Of a stretch of 64,000 nucleotides of DNA, positions 29,701 through 37,465 are shown piece after piece (position 1 is the stretch's first letter; the number at the start of each line of letters is the position of its first letter). The notes beneath the pieces are model-generated. The model was given only the letters and a program-made list of their open reading frames with translations, was not told where the DNA came from and did no database searches. The stretch is from positions 2,368,001-2,432,000 of the forward strand of contig OY730476.1 of assembly GCA_963422735.1 (NCBI GenBank), written 5' to 3'. The position numbers and the translations under genes are program-made. Source of the stretch: Candidatus Latescibacterota bacterium (lineage in GTDB: Bacteria > Latescibacterota > UBA2968 > UBA8231).

Positions 29701-32700
29701 GCCGATCCCCTGCGCCCCAACCGCTCGCCCGATGATCCCGAAGGGGACAACTGGAAATACGACTTCCAGCGCAACAAGAACGATTACAGCCATATCAACG
29801 GAACCGAGAACAACAAAAAAGACCTCGATAGCGGCGACCGCCCGGACACGGAAGATCTCAACGACAACGGCGTGCTCGACCGGCGCAACAATTACTACCA
29901 CTACGAGATCGACCTATCCTCGAGCCACTACGAGGTCGCCGGCACCCAAAACGAGGGCTGGCGCCAGCTTCGGGTGCCTCTGTTTGGCCCCCACGTCGAG
30001 CGCGTGGGCTTGCCCGACTCCACCCGCATCGAATACGCGCGCCTGATGCTTTCGAGCGGGCCGCGGCCGGGTGTAGAGGACCCCGTGCGGGCCGAGATTG
30101 CGCTCGTGGAGATCGTGGGCAACAAGTGGCAAGAAGACGACGTAGTGCGGCTCGACGAACGCTTCCCGATCAGCGACCGCGAAGCCCTCGATGTCACGGT
30201 CATCGGCACAGACAAGAGCCAGAGCTATCGGCCGCCACCCGGCGTAAAGATCCGCCGCAACGTGCAGTCGCGCACCCGCGAACGCGAGCAGTCCCTCGTG
30301 CTCGCCTACGAAAACCTAGAGCCTGGGCACCAGATGTCGGCGACTAGAATCCTGACCCGCTCGGCCAATTACACCAGCTACGAGCGGCTGCGCATGTATG
30401 TCTATGGAGATTCGACTGAGACCATTGAATACGCACACGGCGATTCGAGCGACTTGGTGCTCTTCGTGCGCTTTGGTGTGGATTCGACCAACTACTACGA
30501 AGCCATCAGCCCTATCTTCCCGGGTTGGTCAGGAGGGCGTAAGGGCTGGAAGGGCAATCAAATAGATGTAGATCTGCCAGTCATCTCCCAGCTCAAGGCC
30601 CTGCTGCAATCCGGGCGAGCCGATACCACCACCGGCGAGTTCTACTACACCTATCGGGTAATCGATCCGCGCGGGGCACCGCTAGACGGCAAGACCGAGA
30701 TCGCCCAACGCGAATTAGAGGTGCTCCACTCGGCCGGCTACGACCCCCAAGTAGAGCACTTTTCCCTAGATCAGGTCTTTGCGCGGTCGGGCCTGCGCAG
30801 CGGCGAGGAAGCCATTTACCGGGTGCGCGGCAACCCGTCGATGCAGTCGATCAAACAACTGAGCATCGGCCTGCGCAACCGGGCCGCAATTCGTGCGTAC
30901 AGTGGCCGCGTCTTCCTCGACGAGCTCCGCCTCGACGAGGCGCGCAACGATCCCGGGCTAGCCGCGTACGCCCATCTCAACACCAAGCTGGCCGACTTTG
31001 CCAACCTCGGCGGCAACGTGCTCTGGCGGCAGGAAAATTTTCGCAGCTTTACCGGCCAAGGAGGCAACAGCACGGACCGCGAAGCCGCGCTATCGGTCTC
31101 CACCAACGCGCAAAAGCTCCTGCCGAGTAGCTGGGGATTTTTGATCCCGCTCAAGGTGAACCTCAGCCGCACGACCAGCCTACCGCGCTTCGGTCCCGGG
31201 TCGGATGTGGAGCTAACCGACGAAGAGAAGCTAGAGCAACAGGCGGTTCGCTCCAAGGAATTCTACGACGTGTCCATCAGCCGACGGCAGGGCAAAAACT
31301 TCCTCTTGCGTTGGACCCTCGACCAGATGAACCTGAGGCTCTCGCATTCGCGCGAACATAGCTCGGATCCGGTGCGCCCGATCAACGAGCGCGAGGCACA
31401 GACGATGAGCTTCAACTACAGCATGCCCCTGCCCAAACCGGCACTGCGGATCATGGGCTGGCTACCGACGTTCATGCCCAAAGGCTGGACGCGGATGAAG
31501 TTCCGTCCGCTGCCTACGAGCCTGACCTACGCGGTCAACGGCAGCCGGCGGACTTCGCGGCTTTTGCGCCGCGGCGACGACGAGCCGACCGAGCAGGAGG
31601 ACTTTACGCTCGTCGAAACCTATGCCTCTAAGCTCAATCCGCTCTCCGGTCTATCGGCCAACTACAACCTCAAAATCGACCGAGACTTGCGGAAAAAATT
31701 CGTCCTCGACAAGCGGAGCTTTGGGCGCGAGGTCGGGCGCAGACAAACGGCCGACCTCGGCTTTTCGCTGCGCTTAGTCTCGTGGCTGGACCAAAACTAC
31801 ACCTTCAAAGCCAATTACGAGGAACAGAACGACCCGGCGCAGCAGCGCGGAGTAGCCCCGATCGATTCGATCAGCGGCCTGCCGTTCAAGACCCTCGAAA
31901 TCCGCAACCAAAACGACCTCTCCGCACGCCTCAATCTCAAAATCCCAACCCTGCTCAAGAACTTGGGCAAGTCCCCGAGGCAAAGCCGCAAAGCGCAGCG
32001 GCGCGACGACCTAAATCGAGACCGCAACCAAGACATAGACGAGGAGGCGCCAACCTCGGAGGGAAACCAAGCCGAGAAAAAGAAAAGCCAAGCCGAGCCG
32101 CCGCAAGGCCCCAATATCCTCCGCCGCCTCGCCGGGTGGACCGGCCGCCTCGTCGAGCCGGTCAACGCCAGTTGGCGACGCAACACCAATTCGGATCACT
32201 TCAACTTGCTGCATCGGCCTTCGCTCTCCTATCAACTCGGCCTCGAAGACACCCTGCGGGTGCGGCAAGTGACCCAAGGGCTGACCCACCAAGACAGTTG
32301 GACGCACACGGCCTCGTTTGAGACCGGCTCGGGGATGCGGTTGCCCTTTGGCATTAGCGTCAAGGTTAACTCCAAGGAGCAGACCACAAAGCGCAGCGGT
32401 GCTTCGCAGCAACGACTGCGACTGCGCAACGAGCGGACTTACCCGCGCGTGAGCCTTAGCTGGGGACGCGCCGACCGGATTCCCTTAATAAAGAGAGTGA
32501 TCAATAGCGCGCAGGTAAACGCAAGTTTTGAGACCTCGGAGGCCAGCGAGGGCGAGGGTAGCCTCACGCCCGGCTACCTGCTCTCCGAGGAGACCAAGAC
32601 CGAGTTTAGGGCGTCGTGGAACGGCCGTTGGCGCTGGGGACCAACGACGACCATCGAGCGCGTGATTTCCAACTCGGAGAGCCGAGATTTTGAACCAACC

Positions 32701-33069
32701 GCAGCGGGCGACGGCACGCAGCCCCTGCGCGGCACCCGCGACAGATCGCGCGTGACCACCACGTTCAAGATCACCCATAGCCTCAAGCCGCGGCGGCTGC
32801 CCCTGATAGGCCGGCTCAAAAGCGATGTCACTCTCAATTTGGAACAGAAATTTGAAGGAGAAACGCGCTCTATCGCCACGGGCGACGAAGAGCGCGTCCC
32901 CAACGACAAAGAGAACATTTGGCGCACGCAGTTGACCATGACCTATAACTTCAGCGCGAACTTCCGCGGCGAGGGGCGGATTCGCATCGAGAACAACAAG
33001 GACCACCTGCGAGACAAGACGCGGAAGATCCGCGAGGTGCGGCTTTCGGGCACGTTTTTCCTCCGCTGA
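26707..33069 (+). CDS. sprA: SprA/Sov-like type IX secretion outer-membrane translocon
   Basis: 2120 aa with signal peptide; NQIKLDYDGEEDSI.QEVQAGN..L.LP, GLFGI, GYIDDFE, PDTEDLNDNG, DELRL; amphipathic beta strands; ends ...TFFLR. Confidence 0.85.
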   Translation: MNLEVFLRFSVQAFSSWLCICSLAAVAHAEPGLHFEPLYGPLSQRFAVPRQAAFGADQPLLPAPSRALISYQATVDSVGMAHYSRRVSGFTERPTVAVALDDYLRMEYQAKHRQLWHQQIRRDFRSTASEQRRRKGSRFEWTVPFSAPKPLQRFIGDEGPSLVLNGSRTIIISGKSEWTDGEVQTSFGRSSKFPALGIEQESDFTVEGKVGELISVRIDQDTQDFGSALGSNLGDQLSNQIKLDYDGEEDSIFQEVQAGNTTLELPNTRFVGFRQKNKGLFGIRAKGHIGPLAFTTVASHEKSKSNRQTFKGGAAIDTLQLKDYQYIRNTYFFLHEFYRAHLLDFRGLLDGAQFGSENFVDISRLEIYINDFNTRNDAELFAKPGTAWVDPSDSLATIECFDAAGNRLRNSGCFEEGTWHRLDPDDDYAVVAEAGYIILNRSVSDPYAMAAHFKTRAPDFDGTLQHETARLNASAESDSLHLKLIKARNARPGFPTWNLEWKNVYRIASGYSTGRRFDPKTLQVDIAKEVPGQEDQLSQEGQSYLQILGLDERGKDPGSAPDRVVDADYIGLDDIRGHLIFPDQRPFDPRSNKYRDLLDEPVPAIYDEQQQRAQIEASRYKILVRAASSDQRIRLGGIFGNVRPETVEVQLNGRPLARDTEYRVDFTGSVTFVGAVAQEVADPGADLEISFESEDVFNIGSQQKTLLGLRTEYEFWGGDGRVGSTMIYNNERSSDRRVRVGNEPKRTVIWNFDLRARREVPALTRVVDMLPLVKTAVPSEVTLDAEVAQSRPNLNTKGRGYIDDFEDSERPSSLVVNRTRWAPASAPASVRFGAENRTRFIWYNPYDGVLRTDIWPNQEEQIEAQNRRTDILSLELTPLLEAAESWGGITLAFSAVNDFSESKFLEIWVRGREGTLHLNLGDQIDEDYIANGRLDTEDIPFPGQAAGDGLVERKEDVGIDGRNDEAELNFYLRLQDAQFDTTRSLAERKQAFAALYPDADPLRPNRSPDDPEGDNWKYDFQRNKNDYSHINGTENNKKDLDSGDRPDTEDLNDNGVLDRRNNYYHYEIDLSSSHYEVAGTQNEGWRQLRVPLFGPHVERVGLPDSTRIEYARLMLSSGPRPGVEDPVRAEIALVEIVGNKWQEDDVVRLDERFPISDREALDVTVIGTDKSQSYRPPPGVKIRRNVQSRTREREQSLVLAYENLEPGHQMSATRILTRSANYTSYERLRMYVYGDSTETIEYAHGDSSDLVLFVRFGVDSTNYYEAISPIFPGWSGGRKGWKGNQIDVDLPVISQLKALLQSGRADTTTGEFYYTYRVIDPRGAPLDGKTEIAQRELEVLHSAGYDPQVEHFSLDQVFARSGLRSGEEAIYRVRGNPSMQSIKQLSIGLRNRAAIRAYSGRVFLDELRLDEARNDPGLAAYAHLNTKLADFANLGGNVLWRQENFRSFTGQGGNSTDREAALSVSTNAQKLLPSSWGFLIPLKVNLSRTTSLPRFGPGSDVELTDEEKLEQQAVRSKEFYDVSISRRQGKNFLLRWTLDQMNLRLSHSREHSSDPVRPINEREAQTMSFNYSMPLPKPALRIMGWLPTFMPKGWTRMKFRPLPTSLTYAVNGSRRTSRLLRRGDDEPTEQEDFTLVETYASKLNPLSGLSANYNLKIDRDLRKKFVLDKRSFGREVGRRQTADLGFSLRLVSWLDQNYTFKANYEEQNDPAQQRGVAPIDSISGLPFKTLEIRNQNDLSARLNLKIPTLLKNLGKSPRQSRKAQRRDDLNRDRNQDIDEEAPTSEGNQAEKKKSQAEPPQGPNILRRLAGWTGRLVEPVNASWRRNTNSDHFNLLHRPSLSYQLGLEDTLRVRQVTQGLTHQDSWTHTASFETGSGMRLPFGISVKVNSKEQTTKRSGASQQRLRLRNERTYPRVSLSWGRADRIPLIKRVINSAQVNASFETSEASEGEGSLTPGYLLSEETKTEFRASWNGRWRWGPTTTIERVISNSESRDFEPTAAGDGTQPLRGTRDRSRVTTTFKITHSLKPRRLPLIGRLKSDVTLNLEQKFEGETRSIATGDEERVPNDKENIWRTQLTMTYNFSANFRGEGRIRIENNKDHLRDKTRKIREVRLSGTFFLR

Positions 33070-33101
33070 GCATATTGCTCGGCGCGGCTGTGGGAGATAT
33101 T

Positions 33102-33467
33102 TTGTTCAATCAACGCGAGCAACGCGCTCTCATTGGTCTAGCGGCGACCCTGCTCATAGGGATGCTCGTCGCCGTAAGCGACTGGTATCGCCCATCGCAT
33201 TCAGAGGAATTTAGCGTCGTGCCGCGCGCGGTCGCTCCGCCGCTACCGCTCGCAGTGGTAAAAGCTGAACAGGGGCCGCTCCCGCTCAATTCGGCTACGG
33301 TCGCCGAGCTAGTCGCGCTGCCGGCAATCGGCCCCAAGATCGCCGAGCGGATCGTCGCCTTTCGCCGCGCGCACGGTCCTTTCGAGCGGCTAGAGCAACT
33401 AATCGAAGTCCATGGCATCGGCGCGAAGACGCTAGAAAAGCTCCGTCCTTTGCTCATAGTGGAGTAG
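33102..33467 (+). CDS. comEA: ComEA family helix-hairpin-helix DNA-binding protein, N-terminal TM anchor
   Basis: LNSATVAELVALPAIGPKIAERIV...GPF...LIEVHGIGAKTLEKL; TTG after GGAGA. Confidence 0.85.
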   Translation: MFNQREQRALIGLAATLLIGMLVAVSDWYRPSHSEEFSVVPRAVAPPLPLAVVKAEQGPLPLNSATVAELVALPAIGPKIAERIVAFRRAHGPFERLEQLIEVHGIGAKTLEKLRPLLIVE

Positions 33468-33491
33468 AGGCACACTTCGCAGGAGAAGGGG

Positions 33492-34385
33492 TTGGGATTG
33501 TTTGGATTTGGCAGAACAAAGGCCACCGGGATCCACATCAGTGGCAAGACCGTGCGCGTCGCTGCCCTAGACGCTGGACGCACTGGCATCCGACCGCTGA
33601 TTTTGGCGACCGACGAATTGGAACGGCCCTTCGACCCGGTAGCCCTGAGCGACGATCAGCAGCGGCAAGAGCTAGCCGCCAAGCTAGCCGCGCTCGCGGC
33701 GACGTACGACGTTGACTACAGCAACGCCTGTTTTTCGCTAGACCGGCGCTTGGGCCTCATTCAGCGTCGGCCCCTCGTAGCGGGGACTGTGCGCGAAAAC
33801 CGCGAACAACTCCTGTGGGAATCCGAGCAGATCTTGGCCGGGGAAGCTCGGGCGTTTAGCTGCGATTTTGCGCTGACCTCGCAGTGGGGCTTTGTGGTCG
33901 CGGCTCGCCACCGCGTCCTCGAATACTACCGCACCCTAGGCAAGGAGACGGCGGTCGGTCGGCTCAATGTGGATTTGGTGCCTTTTGCCCTGTACAACGC
34001 CAGCGAATGCGCTAACCTGCTCGCCAAAGATAAGTTGTCGCTCCTGATCTACGCGGATATGGGCGAGGCTTGGCTCCTGCTAATAGAGGAAGGCGAACTA
34101 GCTGCGCTGGCCAGTTGTGTCTGGGAGGAAGAGGACGACGCGCCCGAAGCCTTAGAAGGCGCGGCGCACAAGCTGCTGAGCGAGGGCAGCAGCAGCCTCC
34201 AGCACCTTTGGGGTGCCGGTGTCCCGTATTGGAGCGAGGGCTTGGCCGCGCATTTGGGGGTGCCGCATTCAATCCTCGATCCACTCGCCGCGGTCAGTCC
34301 CAAGCTGCTCGGCGACGCCATGCCCGCGCAGCGATCCGAGTATGCCATTGCCGTCGGGCTAGCTCAGCGGGAGTTGGTGCGATGA
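33492..34385 (+). CDS. PilM-like actin-fold protein
   Basis: N-terminal GIHISGKTVRV, VDLVPFALYNA, C-terminal LDPL...YAIAVGLAQR as in PilM. Confidence 0.65.
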   Translation: MGLFGFGRTKATGIHISGKTVRVAALDAGRTGIRPLILATDELERPFDPVALSDDQQRQELAAKLAALAATYDVDYSNACFSLDRRLGLIQRRPLVAGTVRENREQLLWESEQILAGEARAFSCDFALTSQWGFVVAARHRVLEYYRTLGKETAVGRLNVDLVPFALYNASECANLLAKDKLSLLIYADMGEAWLLLIEEGELAALASCVWEEEDDAPEALEGAAHKLLSEGSSSLQHLWGAGVPYWSEGLAAHLGVPHSILDPLAAVSPKLLGDAMPAQRSEYAIAVGLAQRELVR

Positions 34386-35566
34386 TCCGCGTCGAGCTTC
34401 TCGGGCGGCGGCGGTCGCCTTGGTCAAGAGCCTTTCTTGCGGCCCTAGTCGTCTGTGGGGGACTATACGGGATTTACCAGCTTTTCCCCGCACTGGCGGG
34501 GTCGCTTTTCAACGCGGATTTCGCCCTCAGTTCCATGGCGCAGCAAGAAGCTACCCCAAGTTCCGTAGAACAAGAGATTGCTCCCAAGCCTGTGGAGCGG
34601 CAAGAGACCGACCCTAGCCCCTTGGTGCAACAAGAAGAGGTTCCCCATAGTTCCGTGGCACAGCAAGAGGCTATCCCAAGCACTGTAGTGCCGCAAGAAA
34701 TCGAGCCCAAGCCAGTGGTGGTACTGCAAGAGGCCATCCCAAGTTCTGGGATGCAGCAAGAGACTACGCCTAGCCTTTTACAAGAGATCGATCAAAAGCC
34801 CGCGGCACAGCAAGAGACCATGCCTAGCCCTGTGGCGCAGCAAGAGATCACCTCTAAACCCGTGGCACGGCAAGAGACCACCCCAAGTCCCGGGGTGGCG
34901 CAACAAGAGGCCACGCCGAGTCCTGTGCAAGAGATCGCACCAGATCCCGTCGTCCAACGAGAAGCCCCGACGACGCACCAACCCCCCTCGCCCCAGCGCA
35001 GCACGGCCTGTCATCAAGTCATGCGGATTGACAAACAGGTTCCCGCTGGGACTCGCGTGGCTTCGCTGAACTGCAATTCGACCGGGGAGTACTGGCTGGA
35101 GGGAACCAGCCCCTCGCACAAAGTACTGCGCGAGTTCAGGCTTCGCTTGCAGGCGTTGCCATCGCGGGTTTCGTTTTCGACTTGGCGGGAGGAGCGCACT
35201 CTGCGCTTTGCATTCCAAGGCCGCCTTGCCGAGCGAGACAACTCTCCACTGGCCGCCCTCTCGTCTGGCCAAGCGGAGCAATTCCTCCGCAAGGTGGCCC
35301 ACTGGGCCGACGCGAGTGGCCTAGACAGCCTGTCAATCCACAAGCCTATCCATAGGTCCTTGTCGCCGGCGCGCACCCACCAGCGGCAAAAATTGCGGGG
35401 CATTGGGTCCCTTCAGCAGATCGGCACCTTCTTGCACCAGTTTCAACAGTACGAGGCGGTCGCGACCCTCGGCGAGGTTTTGCTCATGCCCATCAAAAGC
35501 GACGAACGCGGCTGGGTCCAAGCGCGGCTCTACGCGGCCGTGGACATCTTAGTAGAAGTACCCTAA
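34382..35566 (+). CDS. PilN/PilO-like bitopic protein with Q/E/P repeat linker
   Basis: MIRVELL (PilN-like INLL), TM helix, repeat linker, then PilN-like (VPAGTRVASL..YWLEGTS) and PilO-like (ASGL...GSLQQIGTFL) segments. Confidence 0.55.
   Translation: MIRVELLGRRRSPWSRAFLAALVVCGGLYGIYQLFPALAGSLFNADFALSSMAQQEATPSSVEQEIAPKPVERQETDPSPLVQQEEVPHSSVAQQEAIPSTVVPQEIEPKPVVVLQEAIPSSGMQQETTPSLLQEIDQKPAAQQETMPSPVAQQEITSKPVARQETTPSPGVAQQEATPSPVQEIAPDPVVQREAPTTHQPPSPQRSTACHQVMRIDKQVPAGTRVASLNCNSTGEYWLEGTSPSHKVLREFRLRLQALPSRVSFSTWREERTLRFAFQGRLAERDNSPLAALSSGQAEQFLRKVAHWADASGLDSLSIHKPIHRSLSPARTHQRQKLRGIGSLQQIGTFLHQFQQYEAVATLGEVLLMPIKSDERGWVQARLYAAVDILVEVP
34535..34975 (+). repeat. Intragenic imperfect ~30-bp tandem repeat (14-15 units, VxQQE(T/A/I)xP(S/K)P)
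   Basis: CAAGAR core recurring about every 27-33 nt, in frame. Confidence 0.85.
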
Positions 35567-36057
35567 TGAACAACGCAGACGCGGCCATCTATCCCGGCAG
35601 CTTCGACCCGATCACCTTTGGCCACCTGAACATCCTAGAGCGGGCCTTGGACATCTTCTCCCAAGTCACCCTGCTGGTGGCGATCAATCCCAACAAAGAG
35701 CCGCTCTTTTCGCTGGAGGAGAGCCGGGCGATGATCTCCGAGGCCATTAGCCACTGGGCTCAAGCCAAGGTCGATTTCCACGACGGCCTGACCGTTGACT
35801 ATGCGCGACAGCACAACATACACACGGCCGTGCGGGGCCTGCGGGCGGTGACCGACTTCGAGAACGAGTTTGCCATGGCCTTGACCAACCGCTCGCTGTG
35901 GCCAGAGTTCGACACGGTCTTTCTAATGACCAAGGCAGAGTACATGTATCTCAGTTCGTCGGTCGTGCGCCAAGTGGCGCAAATGGGCGGGCAGTTAAAC
36001 CAGTTCGTGCCGCCTTGTATCGAGCGACGCCTGCGGGAAAAATTCCAAAATGCCTGA
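35566..36057 (+). CDS. coaD: Pantetheine-phosphate adenylyltransferase
   Basis: YPGSFDPITFGH, RGLRAVTDFENE, LSSSVVR. Confidence 0.96.
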   Translation: MNNADAAIYPGSFDPITFGHLNILERALDIFSQVTLLVAINPNKEPLFSLEESRAMISEAISHWAQAKVDFHDGLTVDYARQHNIHTAVRGLRAVTDFENEFAMALTNRSLWPEFDTVFLMTKAEYMYLSSSVVRQVAQMGGQLNQFVPPCIERRLREKFQNA

Positions 36058-37126
36058 GTCCCAACGCGAAGTGCAGGCCCTCCTCGCGCTGAGCCAAGCC
36101 GAGCGGCTCGGGCGCGTGCGGCGCTTGCTCTCCCACTTTGGCTCGGCGCAAGAGGCCCTCGCCGCCGCCGATTGGACTGCTGCCGTAGGGGCCAATGCAT
36201 CCGAGCGGCGTCCTACGCAGGCCGACTTCGCTTGGGCCGCCGATCAATGGCAAAGACTCTGCGCGTCCGGCGGCCGCTGCCTAGCCCCGCCGGACGCGGA
36301 TTATCCCCAACTACTGGGCCAAATCGCCGCGCCGCCCCCCGTGCTGTTTGCGCTGGGCCCAGACGACTTGACCCCTCCTACCGTGGCCATCGTCGGCTCG
36401 CGCAAAGCATCGGATAGCGGCAAACTGATCGCCGGCGAGCTGGCTCGCGGTCTAGTGGCTCAAGGCATCTGCATCGTCAGCGGCTTGGCTTTCGGCATCG
36501 ATGCGGCCGCCCACGCGGCTGCGCTCGCGGCTGGCGGGCGCACCATCGCCGTATTGGGCTGCGGGGCCGATGTGCCCTATCCTCGCGCCCACACCCAGCT
36601 CTATCGCCAAATCCGCGAGCACGGTGCCATCATCTCCGAGTTTGCTTGGGGGGCACAGCCGGAGCGGGGAGCCTTCCCCCGCCGCAACCGCATCATCAGC
36701 GGGCTAAGCTTGGGGGTGATCATCGTCGAGGCCCCGCAAAAAAGCGGCGCACTGATTACGGTCCAACACGCACTGGATCAAAACCGCGAGGTATTCGCCG
36801 TGCCCGGGGACGTGCGCTCGGGCCGCAACGCGGGCTGTCACCGGCTAATCAAAGACGGGGCGAAGCTGGTCGAGGGCGTGGAGGATGTGCTAGAGGAATT
36901 GGCCATGTGGGCGGCACCGCGCCCGCAAAGCGCGCCCGCGCCTGTTCTTCCCCCGGAAGAAGAAAGCGTCTATGCCCTGCTCTCGCGCCAACCCCGGCAC
37001 ATCGACGAACTCGCCCAAGACAGCGCCCTGCCGCCTGCGACCCTGCTCGACGTGCTGCTGAGGTTGGAACTCGAAGGGCTGGTAGATCAGCTCGCGGGCA
37101 AGCGATTTTTGCGGCGAGCGGGATAA
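36050..37126 (+). CDS. dprA: DNA-processing protein DprA
   Basis: AIVGSR, VSGLAFGIDAAAH, FPRRNRIISG, SGALIT, REVFAVPG, C-terminal wHTH. Confidence 0.95.
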   Translation: MPESQREVQALLALSQAERLGRVRRLLSHFGSAQEALAAADWTAAVGANASERRPTQADFAWAADQWQRLCASGGRCLAPPDADYPQLLGQIAAPPPVLFALGPDDLTPPTVAIVGSRKASDSGKLIAGELARGLVAQGICIVSGLAFGIDAAAHAAALAAGGRTIAVLGCGADVPYPRAHTQLYRQIREHGAIISEFAWGAQPERGAFPRRNRIISGLSLGVIIVEAPQKSGALITVQHALDQNREVFAVPGDVRSGRNAGCHRLIKDGAKLVEGVEDVLEELAMWAAPRPQSAPAPVLPPEEESVYALLSRQPRHIDELAQDSALPPATLLDVLLRLELEGLVDQLAGKRFLRRAG

Positions 37127-37192
37127 TCCCACACAGTCGCTGGCGGACATATAGCCATCCGCCATCATTATCCGCCGATGGACGCCGATGCC

Positions 37193-37284
37193 TGTCATGC
37201 TGAGGAAGCCGACAGGCTGCCCAAGCATCTTATACCTACACGGCCTTGCCGGCAGCAGATTCTTCAACTCCGCTCAGAATGAAA
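37193..37284. repeat. REP-like palindromic element (TGTCATGCTGAG...AAGCATCT / AGATTCTT...CTCAGAATGA)
   Basis: Nested inverted repeats; related to arms at 40072-40144. Confidence 0.7.
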
Positions 37285-37326
37285 GAGCAATGTTATGAAT
37301 AACGTAGGGTGGCTATATCACCGTAG

Positions 37327-37464
37327 CTAGTCGTCTGAGTGCCCTATCTGCAAAGGTTCGTCGCGGTGGGATTTGGCGCGGAAAAAAGGCCGCGTCAAAC
37401 GCCACAGCACGTACGCTGCGGCGAGCGCGGCAACGGCGACAGCCACCGGCGTTTGCCAGTCCAT
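37327..37464 (-). CDS. FeoB-associated small membrane protein
   Basis: MDWQTPVAVAVAALAAAYVLWR, 1 nt after the feoB stop. Confidence 0.7.
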   Translation of the reverse strand: MDWQTPVAVAVAALAAAYVLWRLTRPFFRAKSHRDEPLQIGHSDD

Positions 37465-37465
37465 T

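Noticed and set aside
34535-34975. Regularly spaced CAAGAG-containing repeats as a possible CRISPR array
   Set aside because: Units are in frame within a CDS, degenerate, lack unique spacers, and no cas genes are present.
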